Below, one piece after another: positions 9,484 through 19,200 of a stretch of 64,000 nt of DNA. Positions within the stretch are counted from its first letter, which is position 1. Each line of letters begins with the position of its first letter. The notes beneath the pieces are model-generated. The model did not search any database, had not been told where the DNA came from, and saw only the letters and a program-made list of their open reading frames with translations. The position numbers and the translations under genes were made by a program. Origin of the DNA: an uncultured Gammaproteobacteria bacterium (GTDB lineage Bacteria > Patescibacteriota > Patescibacteriia > UBA1558 > S5-K13); assembly GCA_964424195.1 (NCBI GenBank), contig CAYRHT010000002.1, forward strand, positions 144,120-208,119, given 5' to 3'.

Positions 9484-9517
9484 AAGAGCAAAGTAGATTT
9501 TACTTTGCTCTTTTTTA
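9484..9517 (+). terminator. Rho-independent terminator (AGAGCAAAGTA/TACTTTGCTCT plus T-run)
   Basis: 11-bp inverted repeat followed by TTTTTT. Confidence 0.5.
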
Positions 9518-9580
9518 ATTGACAGGAGATGTTATAAAGCGTAAGTTAAGGGTAAGAAAATAAAGGAAATAGGAGGAAAA

Positions 9581-10285
9581 ATGAGTAGTAAAGACTTAAT
9601 TGCTGAGTTGAAGAAATTATTTGAGGGTAAGAATCAAGAAGAAGTTGAGAAAGCAGTTAAAAAGGTTTTGGAAGAAAGTTATCCGGAAATAATAACTGAC
9701 CCGTTATTTAATCTTTTTGATAAACAAATTGAAGAATTGAAAAAGATAGGATCTTCTAAGGAGGTTATTATTTCTTTAGAGACTCAAAGAAATGTAGTTG
9801 TTGGACATGCAGTAAAAATGAAAATATCAAAAAATAATATTCCTTTTTTACCAGTTATTCCTCAAAAAGCATCATTAGGAATTTCTTATTTAATGAAAAT
9901 GATTGAAAATACTAATCACAAAGGTCGTAGTGATTTAAAAAATATTTCTCAGTTGACTAACACCATGGGTGGTATACCTAAGGAACCTTATTTCATTTTT
10001 AATGTTTCTGGTGGTCAGGATATTTTAGGTAAATCTCCACATTTATCAGAGAGTGTAATTAAAGAACAAAAAGGATATTGCTTAACAGTTGAAGAATCTA
10101 TTGCTTTATGTATTCATTCTGATGTGTTAACGAAACATAATCTAGATTGTAGTGGTTCTCGAATTGGAAAGCAAGTACCTAGTATTAGTATTCAAAATGG
10201 TCGGGCTGTACTTTATTCAAGTAATCCTGGTGCTTCAAATGAAAAATGGGCAACACCATCTTGTAAAGAAAGAATTAAGTTTTAA
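9581..10285 (+). CDS. Hypothetical protein (234 aa), no recognisable domain
   Basis: Long ORF with RBS AGGAGGAAAAATG. Confidence 0.5.
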   Translation: MSSKDLIAELKKLFEGKNQEEVEKAVKKVLEESYPEIITDPLFNLFDKQIEELKKIGSSKEVIISLETQRNVVVGHAVKMKISKNNIPFLPVIPQKASLGISYLMKMIENTNHKGRSDLKNISQLTNTMGGIPKEPYFIFNVSGGQDILGKSPHLSESVIKEQKGYCLTVEESIALCIHSDVLTKHNLDCSGSRIGKQVPSISIQNGRAVLYSSNPGASNEKWATPSCKERIKF

Positions 10286-10313
10286 AGTAAAAAAAAGAAG
10301 ATAGGAGGAAAAG

Positions 10314-10598
10314 ATGAGAAGAGATGATTCATGTGAAGAATTTCCTGAATATGGAGATTCCTTAAAAGTTGTTCTTAATGCAGATGTTGCCGAAATTACT
10401 TTTGAAATGAATATGAAACAAAGAGGTATTGTTCTTCCCGAATCGTTTTATTGGAGGATTATAAAAGATGATGATCGGGAAGATTTTTCAATAGAAAATA
10501 TATATAAATTTATTGAAGAGGAAATGCATCAAGAGAATTCGCTTTTATTTGTTAATATTATTGATGAAGATAATGTTAATATTTCATGGCGTATTTAG
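10314..10598 (+). CDS. Hypothetical small acidic protein (94 aa)
   Basis: RBS AGGAGGAAAAGATG; highly acidic composition. Confidence 0.45.
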   Translation: MRRDDSCEEFPEYGDSLKVVLNADVAEITFEMNMKQRGIVLPESFYWRIIKDDDREDFSIENIYKFIEEEMHQENSLLFVNIIDEDNVNISWRI

Positions 10599-10608
10599 TT
10601 ATTAAATC

Positions 10609-10645
10609 AAAAAGAGCAAGGTAGTATATACTTGCTCTTTTTTAA
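10609..10645. terminator. Bidirectional terminator (AGAGCAAG-N10-CTTGCTCT flanked by A-run/T-run)
   Basis: Inverted repeat between the plus cassette and rmlD (minus). Confidence 0.5.
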
Positions 10646-10652
10646 ATTCTAA

Positions 10653-11507
10653 TTATTTTAAATAGTCTTTTAAAGCTTCTTTCCAAGATCTTAATTTAGG
10701 GAATTTATTGTTATTTAGTATTGCATTAATTGGTCGATTTACTTTAGATGGATAATCTTTGTAGGAGATGGGATTGGTTTTAATATCAATCTTTTTTGTT
10801 TCAAATATCTTTTTAGCAAATTCTAAAGGAGTTGTTTGATCTTCATTTACTAAATGATAGACTCCAAATTCATGTTTTTCTTCCACTAGCTTTTTAATAG
10901 CTTTACATAAATCTTTGGTATAAGTAGGTTTAGAGAATTGATCATTTACTAGATTTAATTCATCTCTCTCCTCTGCTAATTCAATCATTCGATCTACAAA
11001 ATTAACTCCTCGTTCTTTTCCTTTTTGAAGATGTTTTCCATAAATCCAAGAAGTTCTAATTAAATAGTATTTACTTTTACTTTCAATTAATAGTTTTTCA
11101 CCCAGAGCTTTAGATCTGCCATAGGCATTCTGAGAGTTAGTTTGATCATCTTCATTGTATCCTTCTTTCTTTTCTCCATCAAAGACATATTCAGTACTAA
11201 TATGGACCAAGGTTATGTTAAAATCACGGCAAATTTGAGCAATATCGCCTACTACATCACCGTTTATTAGTCTAGCAGTATCTTCTTCCTCTTCTGCTCT
11301 TTCCACGTCTGTATAGCCCGCACAATTGATGATTAGATCTGGTTTAATTCTCTGTAGTTTTTCTTTAACTCGAGAGAAGTCAGTTAAATCTAAATTCTCT
11401 CTATCAAAAAGAATTGGTTCATAACTAACAAATACTTCAGCCATATCTTGGCCTAACATTCCCTGAGCACCTAAGATTAATATTTTTAATTTATTTTCTG
11501 TTTTCAT
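10653..11507 (-). CDS. rmlD: dTDP-4-dehydrorhamnose reductase
   Basis: MKILILGAQGMLGQD Rossmann motif, YGRSK catalytic motif, RmlD-like length (284 aa). Confidence 0.85.
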   Translation of the reverse strand: MKTENKLKILILGAQGMLGQDMAEVFVSYEPILFDRENLDLTDFSRVKEKLQRIKPDLIINCAGYTDVERAEEEEDTARLINGDVVGDIAQICRDFNITLVHISTEYVFDGEKKEGYNEDDQTNSQNAYGRSKALGEKLLIESKSKYYLIRTSWIYGKHLQKGKERGVNFVDRMIELAEERDELNLVNDQFSKPTYTKDLCKAIKKLVEEKHEFGVYHLVNEDQTTPLEFAKKIFETKKIDIKTNPISYKDYPSKVNRPINAILNNNKFPKLRSWKEALKDYLK

Positions 11508-12498
11508 ATTGTTCTTTGTAATATTTCTGATACTCTCCAGATTTAATTTGTTTCCACCAATCAGGATTATCTTGATACCATTTTAATGTTTCTTCTAAAC
11601 CTTCTTTAAAATCTACTTCTGGTTCCCATCCTAATTCATTTTTAATTTTAGAGAAGTCTATTGCGTATCGGAAATCATGACCTTTTCGGTCAGCAACTTT
11701 TTCAATCATTTCTTCACCCTTGTTAAAATATTCTAGAATTAAGTTAGTGATTTCTAAATTAGTTTTTTCAGCATCTCCACCTAAACAATATGTCTCCCCT
11801 ATTTTCCCTTGATGAAGAATTAAATCTACTCCTCGAGAATGATCATCAACATGAATCCAATCTCTGATATTCAAACCTTCACCATAAAGAGGTACTTTCT
11901 GATCTTCAATTAAATTAGAAGCAAAGAGAGGGATAAATTTCTCTGGGAATTGATATGGTCCATAGTTGTTTGAACAATTAGAAATAGTTATTGGTAAACC
12001 ATAGGTATGGAAGTATGCCCGAGCTAGATGATCTGAGGCTGCTTTAGAAGCTGAGTAGGGACTACGAGGATCATAGGGAGTATCTTCAGTAAATTTACCT
12101 TCCTTTCCTAGTTCTCCAAAGACTTCATCAGTAGAAATATGATGGAATCTCTTGATTTCTAATTCTTTAGCAATTCGGAGTAAGGTATTAGTTCCTAAGA
12201 TATTTGTTTTTACAAAAGTATCTGGATCCATGATAGATCTATCTACATGTGATTCAGCAGCAAAGTGAACTACCCAATCACAATCAGTCATAGCTGATTT
12301 AACTTCAGCCTCATTACAAATATCTCCTTTGATGAAGTTATAGTTAGGATTACTTTCTACTTCTTTAAGGTTATTTAAATTTCCAGCATAAGTTAAACTA
12401 TCAAAATTAACAATTTGATAATCAGAATATTTTTTCATCATGTAGAGAATGAAGTTTGTTCCAATAAATCCTGCTCCACCGGTTATAAGTATTTTCAT
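11491..12498 (-). CDS. rmlB: dTDP-glucose 4,6-dehydratase
   Basis: MKILITGGAGFIGTNF..., YSASKAASD catalytic motif; 335 aa. Confidence 0.9.
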   Translation of the reverse strand: MKILITGGAGFIGTNFILYMMKKYSDYQIVNFDSLTYAGNLNNLKEVESNPNYNFIKGDICNEAEVKSAMTDCDWVVHFAAESHVDRSIMDPDTFVKTNILGTNTLLRIAKELEIKRFHHISTDEVFGELGKEGKFTEDTPYDPRSPYSASKAASDHLARAYFHTYGLPITISNCSNNYGPYQFPEKFIPLFASNLIEDQKVPLYGEGLNIRDWIHVDDHSRGVDLILHQGKIGETYCLGGDAEKTNLEITNLILEYFNKGEEMIEKVADRKGHDFRYAIDFSKIKNELGWEPEVDFKEGLEETLKWYQDNPDWWKQIKSGEYQKYYKEQYENRK

Positions 12499-12513
12499 AT
12501 AATTAATATTATT

Positions 12514-14094
12514 TTATTTATTAATATGTTCTTCGTTTTTTACTTCTTGATTAATTTTTTCTAATTCTAGCATTGCAAAATATCCAGCTTTTTGTATTTT
12601 TGTGATTTTTTGTAGATCATACCATTGTGTATCAAGGAATTCACCATTGTATCTTTGTTTAGAAAGTCTATTATTAGTTTCTTTTTTCTCTTCAATCGCA
12701 TTATCTAGCTCATCAGGAGTATATTTATGATGATACTCGAAATCAATTCCAAGACGTTCTAATTGTGGTTTGTTGCTTATTAGATTAATTTTGTATAGAC
12801 AGTCAGAGCCATCTATATCAGCATAGCCATTGTTTGTAGTAACTTTTTCTGCTAGTAGATCGGCTTGTTCAAGCATAATCATTGCCTTTGTTCTGGCAAA
12901 ATCTTCAAATGTAAATTTTGGTATTTGTTTTGTTTTTGTTATTTTAATCAATTCTAGTATTTTTCTAAGTTTAGATTCTGTATTTGCAAAATTAGAATCA
13001 ATAACCCTAGGGTCGTCTTTGAATTTTGTAGTCATTTTTTTAATTATATGAAACTCTTCTTCAAATCCTTCTCGGTGCTCCAATATTTGTTCAACTAGTT
13101 TCTTATCGGCTTCGTGTTTTTCTATTAAATTATCTTCATATTTGAAAATTGTAAATTGAAAATCATCAGGAAAATTTACGGAAGCTAAAGGAATTTCCCA
13201 ATTAATTTTAATATCATCTTGTTCTATGGTTCCATTTTCTTGAAAATCTTTTGCAGTTTGAAATTCTTCCAATGACGTTAATGATTTTAGTTTGGAATTA
13301 GAAGGAGTGTCTTCGTGTCTGGATGTTTTTCTCTCTTTTAGTATATATTTAAAAGAATCAATTTCAATTTCATAAACACGATCTTTGATTTGTTTTCTTT
13401 TTTTCCATTTTTGGGGATTTAATATATTTTCTTTTTCTATGTCATTATTTGTATTCAAATTAATTGTAGTTCCACTGTCTAATTTTATTATTTCTTTATT
13501 TTTAGTATCAATATTATCATTCTTTTCTAGCATTTCAGCACTTAATGCTAGTAGTTTTATATCTCTAGCAAAACGATATCTTTGTATAATCATTAATCTC
13601 TCTTTAGCTGTAATGCCATTTGTAAAATCTCCAGAATCAATATATCTTTTTAATGCTTTATGATATTCTGATTCATCACCAGATACTTTTTGTAATGTTT
13701 CAATGGTATTAATGGGATTACCTAATGTTTTGGTGTTTGTTATATTATGATTAATTTGATTATCAGGAATTTCTTCTAGTTTTAAATATTCTCCTAATAT
13801 TTCTTGATACCTGTCTTTTAATTTTAATATTCTATTATTATCTAAGGATAATTCATTTAGGAAGTCATCAGCTAATGATTCTGTAACTTGAGATTTGATA
13901 TATTTAATAGCTTTTTGACGAGTTTCTGGATTAGATATTATTTCTTGGCGAATGGTTTCTGTTAATAACAACCATTGCTGATCTATTTTTTCAAATGGAA
14001 AAGTTTTTGTTGATTTATGATCTAGAATTGGCTCTCTTTTTTCAATATTTTCTATTTGTAATTCTTCGGGTGTAGTTTCTGGTATTTTCTCCAT
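12514..14094 (-). CDS. Hypothetical charged/coiled-coil protein (526 aa)
   Basis: Long ORF embedded in the rml operon; no recognisable motif. Confidence 0.5.
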   Translation of the reverse strand: MEKIPETTPEELQIENIEKREPILDHKSTKTFPFEKIDQQWLLLTETIRQEIISNPETRQKAIKYIKSQVTESLADDFLNELSLDNNRILKLKDRYQEILGEYLKLEEIPDNQINHNITNTKTLGNPINTIETLQKVSGDESEYHKALKRYIDSGDFTNGITAKERLMIIQRYRFARDIKLLALSAEMLEKNDNIDTKNKEIIKLDSGTTINLNTNNDIEKENILNPQKWKKRKQIKDRVYEIEIDSFKYILKERKTSRHEDTPSNSKLKSLTSLEEFQTAKDFQENGTIEQDDIKINWEIPLASVNFPDDFQFTIFKYEDNLIEKHEADKKLVEQILEHREGFEEEFHIIKKMTTKFKDDPRVIDSNFANTESKLRKILELIKITKTKQIPKFTFEDFARTKAMIMLEQADLLAEKVTTNNGYADIDGSDCLYKINLISNKPQLERLGIDFEYHHKYTPDELDNAIEEKKETNNRLSKQRYNGEFLDTQWYDLQKITKIQKAGYFAMLELEKINQEVKNEEHINK

Positions 14095-14095
14095 T

Positions 14096-14644
14096 TTATT
14101 TTATCTTATTATTATAGATTAAATATTTAGCATAAGTAGCTAAACTTAGGTCATCTCTTATCTTTCCAGATTTAATGTATTTTTGCAAATCTTTAGTAGA
14201 TAATTTAATCATTTCTGTATATTCTTCATTGTTTTGAAAGTTTTGATCTTTGAATTCTACATTCTCTGCTAAATAGGGATATATTTTAATATCACAGAAG
14301 CCAACACTTTCATCATATCTACCCAAAGACTTCCAAGATTTAGAAACTAGTCCTAATTCTTCAAATAATTCTCTTTTAGCTGCTTTTAAAGGTGTTTCAT
14401 TTTCTTCAATTCTTCCAGCAGTAAATTCAATGGTTTCTTTATTCATTGGATAACGCCATTGTTTTACTAGATAATAATTTCCTTTTTGGTCTTTAGCTAT
14501 TACTGAAACTCCACCTAAATTACCTCTAAATACAACTGAATAAATTCCTTTTTTACCACCTTCTAAAATTTGATCTTCCCGAACTTTAAGGAACTTACTA
14601 TTATACATTAACTTACTACTAATTGTTTTGTAGGGATTTTTCAT
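14096..14644 (-). CDS. NUDIX hydrolase
   Basis: Nudix box GRIEENETPLKAAKRELFEELGL. Confidence 0.8.
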   Translation of the reverse strand: MKNPYKTISSKLMYNSKFLKVREDQILEGGKKGIYSVVFRGNLGGVSVIAKDQKGNYYLVKQWRYPMNKETIEFTAGRIEENETPLKAAKRELFEELGLVSKSWKSLGRYDESVGFCDIKIYPYLAENVEFKDQNFQNNEEYTEMIKLSTKDLQKYIKSGKIRDDLSLATYAKYLIYNNKIK

Positions 14645-15048
14645 AGATTATCTTTAATATTTTCACTAATTTCTTTAAACTCTTCTTTAGAACATTCTAC
14701 AGAAGGCCAAGTACTTAGACCATCATTATTAAATCTAGGAATGATATGAAAATGAGTATGAAATATTATTTGTCCTGCTGCTTCTCCATTATTCAACCCA
14801 ATATTAAATCCATCAGACTTAGTTGCTTTTTTAATAGCTATTCCTACTTTATTCACTACCTTAATCATTTCACTTAATAATTCTACCGGAGTTTCTTCAA
14901 AGGTATTGTAATGTTCCTTGGGGATTATTAAAGTATGACCTTTAGAAATTGGTTGAATATCTAAGAAAGCTAAGAATTTATCATCTTCATAGATTTTGTA
15001 GCAAGGTAATTCTTTCTTAATTATTTTACAGAATATACAATCTTTCAT
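14641..15048 (-). CDS. HIT-family nucleotide hydrolase/transferase
   Basis: Histidine triad HTHFHIIPR; ATGA overlap with the NUDIX gene. Confidence 0.8.
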   Translation of the reverse strand: MKDCIFCKIIKKELPCYKIYEDDKFLAFLDIQPISKGHTLIIPKEHYNTFEETPVELLSEMIKVVNKVGIAIKKATKSDGFNIGLNNGEAAGQIIFHTHFHIIPRFNNDGLSTWPSVECSKEEFKEISENIKDNL

Positions 15049-15056
15049 ATATTTAT

Positions 15057-15512
15057 TTAAACTATTTCAAATGGTGAGTCTGGATCTTCTTCCCATCTAA
15101 TTTCATCTATCTCTTCAGTCTTATCTTTTCCTTTGTAAAGCTTGTTTGGTAGATTAATGCACCAAGCTGGAGTATCAGAAATACATTTGTAGCCATGAAC
15201 TACTCCCGGAGGAACAATAACAGAGATTAGATTATCTTCTCCACCTTCTACTTCCATTGTTTCTTGATAGGTTTCACTATCTTTTCTGTTATCCCAAAGA
15301 TAGAGTTTAAACTTACCAGGACCAATGAAAACAAAGAGGTCAGACTGTTCCTGGTGTTCATGAGGACCTCGAATTACATTTGGTTTAGTTTCAGAGATAT
15401 AGCTCATCGGAACTTGATAATTATTTAATTCATCTTCTCTAAAGATTTCACATAACCATCCTCTTTCATCCTCATATTTTTTTAATTCTTTAACTACTAC
15501 ATCTTTAATCAT
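15057..15512 (-). CDS. rmlC: dTDP-4-dehydrorhamnose 3,5-epimerase-like cupin (short form)
   Basis: YEDERGWLCEIF and RGPHEH motifs typical of RmlC cupins; 151 aa. Confidence 0.6.
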   Translation of the reverse strand: MIKDVVVKELKKYEDERGWLCEIFREDELNNYQVPMSYISETKPNVIRGPHEHQEQSDLFVFIGPGKFKLYLWDNRKDSETYQETMEVEGGEDNLISVIVPPGVVHGYKCISDTPAWCINLPNKLYKGKDKTEEIDEIRWEEDPDSPFEIV

Positions 15513-15730
15513 ATATTTTTTTCTTCGTTATTAATATTATTATTTGTTTTCTTGTTACTAATTAGTATGCAAAGCACAGCAATTGGAACTAGAAAGTACA
15601 AGAGCTTATTCAAATCTAGATAATTAGATACTAGACCGGGTTTGAAGTATTCTAAAGTCATTAGGAGGATATATGCTCCGATTAGGAGATAGAAGAGGTC
15701 TAATACTAGAGTTTTAAATATTTTATTCAT
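15509..15730 (-). CDS. Small membrane protein (73 aa)
   Basis: Two predicted TM helices; ATGA overlap with rmlC. Confidence 0.35.
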   Translation of the reverse strand: MNKIFKTLVLDLFYLLIGAYILLMTLEYFKPGLVSNYLDLNKLLYFLVPIAVLCILISNKKTNNNINNEEKNI

Positions 15731-17214
15731 GATATTAATTTTTTAATTTTGTTAAAAATATTATTCCAGAAAGTTTTGTAGCTTTCTTCTTGATTAAGAT
15801 ACTTAGATTTAGTTAATTTAACTTTTAAGGAATCTATTTTAAATCCACCACTTTCTTCATTTAAATCAGGACTAGAGATCATAAATTTTAGGTTTCCATT
15901 TTCAATCTTAGCTTTATCTAAGTTAAATTTAATTTTACTCTTTAACCAGCCAGTACTTAATTCTTGAGGTTTTTGATAACGAGCAATGATATAGTTTACT
16001 TCTTCAATATCAGAATAATCTTTTAGATTTATAATTTCAGGGTTAAAATAGTGATCTTTTTCTAAAGCAAATATTCCTCTAGATGATATTTTTAAATCAT
16101 TTCTAGGAATATACATTCTAGATAGTTTAGGGTTGGAATAGGCTTTAATCCAATTATGTTTTTGATAGATACTAATACCAATATTATCTAGAGTTACTGT
16201 TTGTAGTCCTGCATTATGAGCAGTATAGAATTGGATTAAACGACCATTAGTATATACTTCACTAGCTTCTAAATTTAAGTCTACAAAGCCATCATTGTAT
16301 TCTTTACTATCACAAAGATAGAGACGATCAATAAATACTAACTTTTGTTGTTTAGTGGCTATCTCCCTAATAAATATATCATCATTGGTGGAAAGTTCAA
16401 CTTTGTAAACCCCTTCTTCTAGATTGGGGATGTAAATAGATACATAACGAGGGTTACTAGCTGGATCTATCTTAGAAATTAATCCATCGTCAGAAATTAT
16501 CTTAGAGTATATTTTCTTGTCTCGAGAATTGTAAACAAAAATAACTAAAGGATCTTCACCATCAGTTCGATTAATATCTTGGATTTTAAAAGTAAAGTCT
16601 AAAGCTTCATCTTTGATGTAGGTATAGAATTCATGTTGTCCCCTGAGACAATTATCAACAAGCATTTCTTGATCATTAGCTTGGTAGTTAGGAATCTTAA
16701 AAGTTTCTCCTAAATCAAAATCATAGGCTCCTACTCCTTCAATACTATTACTGACTTCTAAGAAGTCTTCAATATCATTAAAGCTTTTACTTTTTTGATA
16801 AAGAGTATTAGTACCATCACTAATGTTATTCCAATTAATATTATTCAAAGTCTCATTGTAAAGAGTATGGGTTTCAAAATTCCATCCTTCTTCAATTGTA
16901 TCTACTCCTAAACCAATAGTTTTTAATCCTCCACTCTGAAACTCTATTTCCACTTCAGCTTCATCAAATTCAATTGGACTTCGGACTGTAAAGTATACTG
17001 GTTCATCTTGAATGATATAATGATCATCCTCTTTTTCTACTCGATGTTCAGGAAAAAGAATAGACATCATTGGTAGTTTTTCAGTTAAATCAGATTCAAT
17101 CATTAATTGTCCATTTAAAACTAAATCTTTTTTAATTAAAGAAGAAATAGTTAGAATAATGATTAGTATTTCAATGGTATTTAAAAATATTCTAAATTTA
17201 GTAAATTTGGTCAT
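15727..17214 (-). CDS. Membrane-anchored extracytoplasmic hypothetical protein (495 aa)
   Basis: N-terminal TM then large soluble domain; overlaps neighbours in operon. Confidence 0.5.
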   Translation of the reverse strand: MTKFTKFRIFLNTIEILIIILTISSLIKKDLVLNGQLMIESDLTEKLPMMSILFPEHRVEKEDDHYIIQDEPVYFTVRSPIEFDEAEVEIEFQSGGLKTIGLGVDTIEEGWNFETHTLYNETLNNINWNNISDGTNTLYQKSKSFNDIEDFLEVSNSIEGVGAYDFDLGETFKIPNYQANDQEMLVDNCLRGQHEFYTYIKDEALDFTFKIQDINRTDGEDPLVIFVYNSRDKKIYSKIISDDGLISKIDPASNPRYVSIYIPNLEEGVYKVELSTNDDIFIREIATKQQKLVFIDRLYLCDSKEYNDGFVDLNLEASEVYTNGRLIQFYTAHNAGLQTVTLDNIGISIYQKHNWIKAYSNPKLSRMYIPRNDLKISSRGIFALEKDHYFNPEIINLKDYSDIEEVNYIIARYQKPQELSTGWLKSKIKFNLDKAKIENGNLKFMISSPDLNEESGGFKIDSLKVKLTKSKYLNQEESYKTFWNNIFNKIKKLIS

Positions 17215-18822
17215 TTAATTACGAGCGTAAATTTTGTTAATTGGCATAATTCTATACAAAGCATGGTCACCATCAATGAAGATTGGATCACTTAAATTTA
17301 TTCCTTGAAAGTATAGATTAGTTAGAGCTTGATCTAGTTCACTCTCATCAAATTGAAAGCCAAAGTAATAGATTGGATAATTTTCTTCTAAAAGAAGTGG
17401 AAAATTATGATAGTTATAAACTTCTCCTTTTAGATATAGTACTTGGCGGTAAGGGAAAATATATTTGTCAGCTCGAGAAGTCATGATGATTGAATCAACT
17501 TCAGTATGAGCAACGATTAAGTTAGTCCTATTTTGATAAATATCTAAATCTTTACTAATCTTTACTATTCCTTCTTGAGGACAATTCATAACCATGGAAT
17601 ATGATCCAAAGAACATGGCTCCGAGAATTACAATAATAATCAAATTATTAATTCCTTTCTTCTTAAAATTAATCTTAGTTAAGAAGTAAGCAATAATTGG
17701 GATTCCAAAGACAAAGTAAGGGAGCATGTATCTGAGATAGGAACTACCAATAGTAATGGCTGTGGGATCAGGATTATCAAAGAATAACCAAGAACCATAG
17801 TATGTAAAAAGATAGAGACTAATTAAAGACCAAAGTCCAAAGTATAACCAATGTTCTTTTTTAATACTTTTTCTTTTAAGAACTAGGAATATTAGAGAAA
17901 TTAACAAAGCAAGACTATACCACCAGATTAGTTTGAAGATAAAATTAACAATAGTGAACTTCATATTATTAGGATGAAATCCAAAGGGTAGAATTACTTT
18001 TTTAATATAATGGAATAAACTATGAGTTTCTGGTCCAATATTTTCTAGATAAGCAACAGCAGTAGCTGAACCATTGTTTTGAATATTAAAGTAGATTACA
18101 GGTAAAGCTAGAATTAAGAGTAATAGTAAAGTAATACTAATCTTTTTCCAATTTATTCTCTTTCTAAATGTAATCAATAGAGTGAGAAACAAGAAACTAA
18201 CCCAAATAACTTCGGAACTTCTAACTATTAGAGCTAAAGCTAGGAATAATATTGATAAGAGATAATGAAGTAGTTTGTTGTTCTTTATTCCTCGAATAAT
18301 GAAATAGAGAGAGATGATTAGTAAATCTATGAATAAGATGTTATGCATCATGGTTTTAGTACTAAAATACCAATAACTAGGTAAAATTAAAAGCATCAAG
18401 GATGAAATTAGAGCTACTTTCTTCTTAAATATCTCTTTAACAAATAAGTAGAAAAATAAAACACCAATAATTGATATTAAAGGTGTGAGGTAAATAATAA
18501 TCCAATTACCAAATAACTTAGCTATTGATCCATAGATTAAAAAGATACCAATAAAGCTATTAGGAACTAAGTGATTATTAATACCATTAATACTCCGAGG
18601 ATGAATTTCATGAGATATGTTTAGTAATTCACTTTCTTGTTTAAGTTGGTTGGTATTAGCAAAGAGTTCTGTAAAATAATAATTAGCTGTTTCATCTGGG
18701 GAATTAAAAATTAAAGGGTCAGAGCTATTATGAATGTTTAAGTAGTTGTATAAATAAAAAAAACTAGCTAAAACTAGAATAGCCAAAAAATAGAAAACTA
18801 ATTGTTTTTTCTTTATTTTCAT
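17215..18822 (-). CDS. GT-C fold glycosyltransferase (ArnT/PMT-like polytopic membrane protein)
   Basis: About 12 TM helices, DE motif in first loop (SPDETANYYF); 535 aa. Confidence 0.55.
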   Translation of the reverse strand: MKIKKKQLVFYFLAILVLASFFYLYNYLNIHNSSDPLIFNSPDETANYYFTELFANTNQLKQESELLNISHEIHPRSINGINNHLVPNSFIGIFLIYGSIAKLFGNWIIIYLTPLISIIGVLFFYLFVKEIFKKKVALISSLMLLILPSYWYFSTKTMMHNILFIDLLIISLYFIIRGIKNNKLLHYLLSILFLALALIVRSSEVIWVSFLFLTLLITFRKRINWKKISITLLLLLILALPVIYFNIQNNGSATAVAYLENIGPETHSLFHYIKKVILPFGFHPNNMKFTIVNFIFKLIWWYSLALLISLIFLVLKRKSIKKEHWLYFGLWSLISLYLFTYYGSWLFFDNPDPTAITIGSSYLRYMLPYFVFGIPIIAYFLTKINFKKKGINNLIIIVILGAMFFGSYSMVMNCPQEGIVKISKDLDIYQNRTNLIVAHTEVDSIIMTSRADKYIFPYRQVLYLKGEVYNYHNFPLLLEENYPIYYFGFQFDESELDQALTNLYFQGINLSDPIFIDGDHALYRIMPINKIYARN

Positions 18823-18911
18823 GTATTTATTATACCCTAGTTAGTATTTTGAGAAAAGAAAAATGAGCCTAGAATAAATTCCAGGCCCATATTATTATAA
18901 TCTTAAGTAAA

Positions 18912-19200
18912 TTATTTACTCAAAATCATCTTTTTGATTTCACTATATCTGCCCGAGGTGAGTTTATAAAAATAAACTCCAGAAGATACAGCATTGTTGT
19001 TTTGATCAGTTCCGTTCCATGTTACTATATGTGAGCCAGCATCAATTTGCCCGTCCACTAGTGTTTGAACTCTCTGACCTTTGACATTGTAGATTGTAAG
19101 TTTAACATCGCTTTGTTTACGAATATTAAACTTGATAGTTGTCGATGGATTGAAAGGATTTGGGTAATTACCGAGAAGTTTTGTAGCTTCTGAAATTAAT
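18912..19200. repeat. Nucleotide-level repeat (about 90% identity with 49451..49740) covering the CTD-coding 3' ends of two paralogous genes
   Basis: About 50-nt perfect match agatacagcattgttgttttgatcagttccgttccatgtta plus flanking similarity. Confidence 0.7.
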
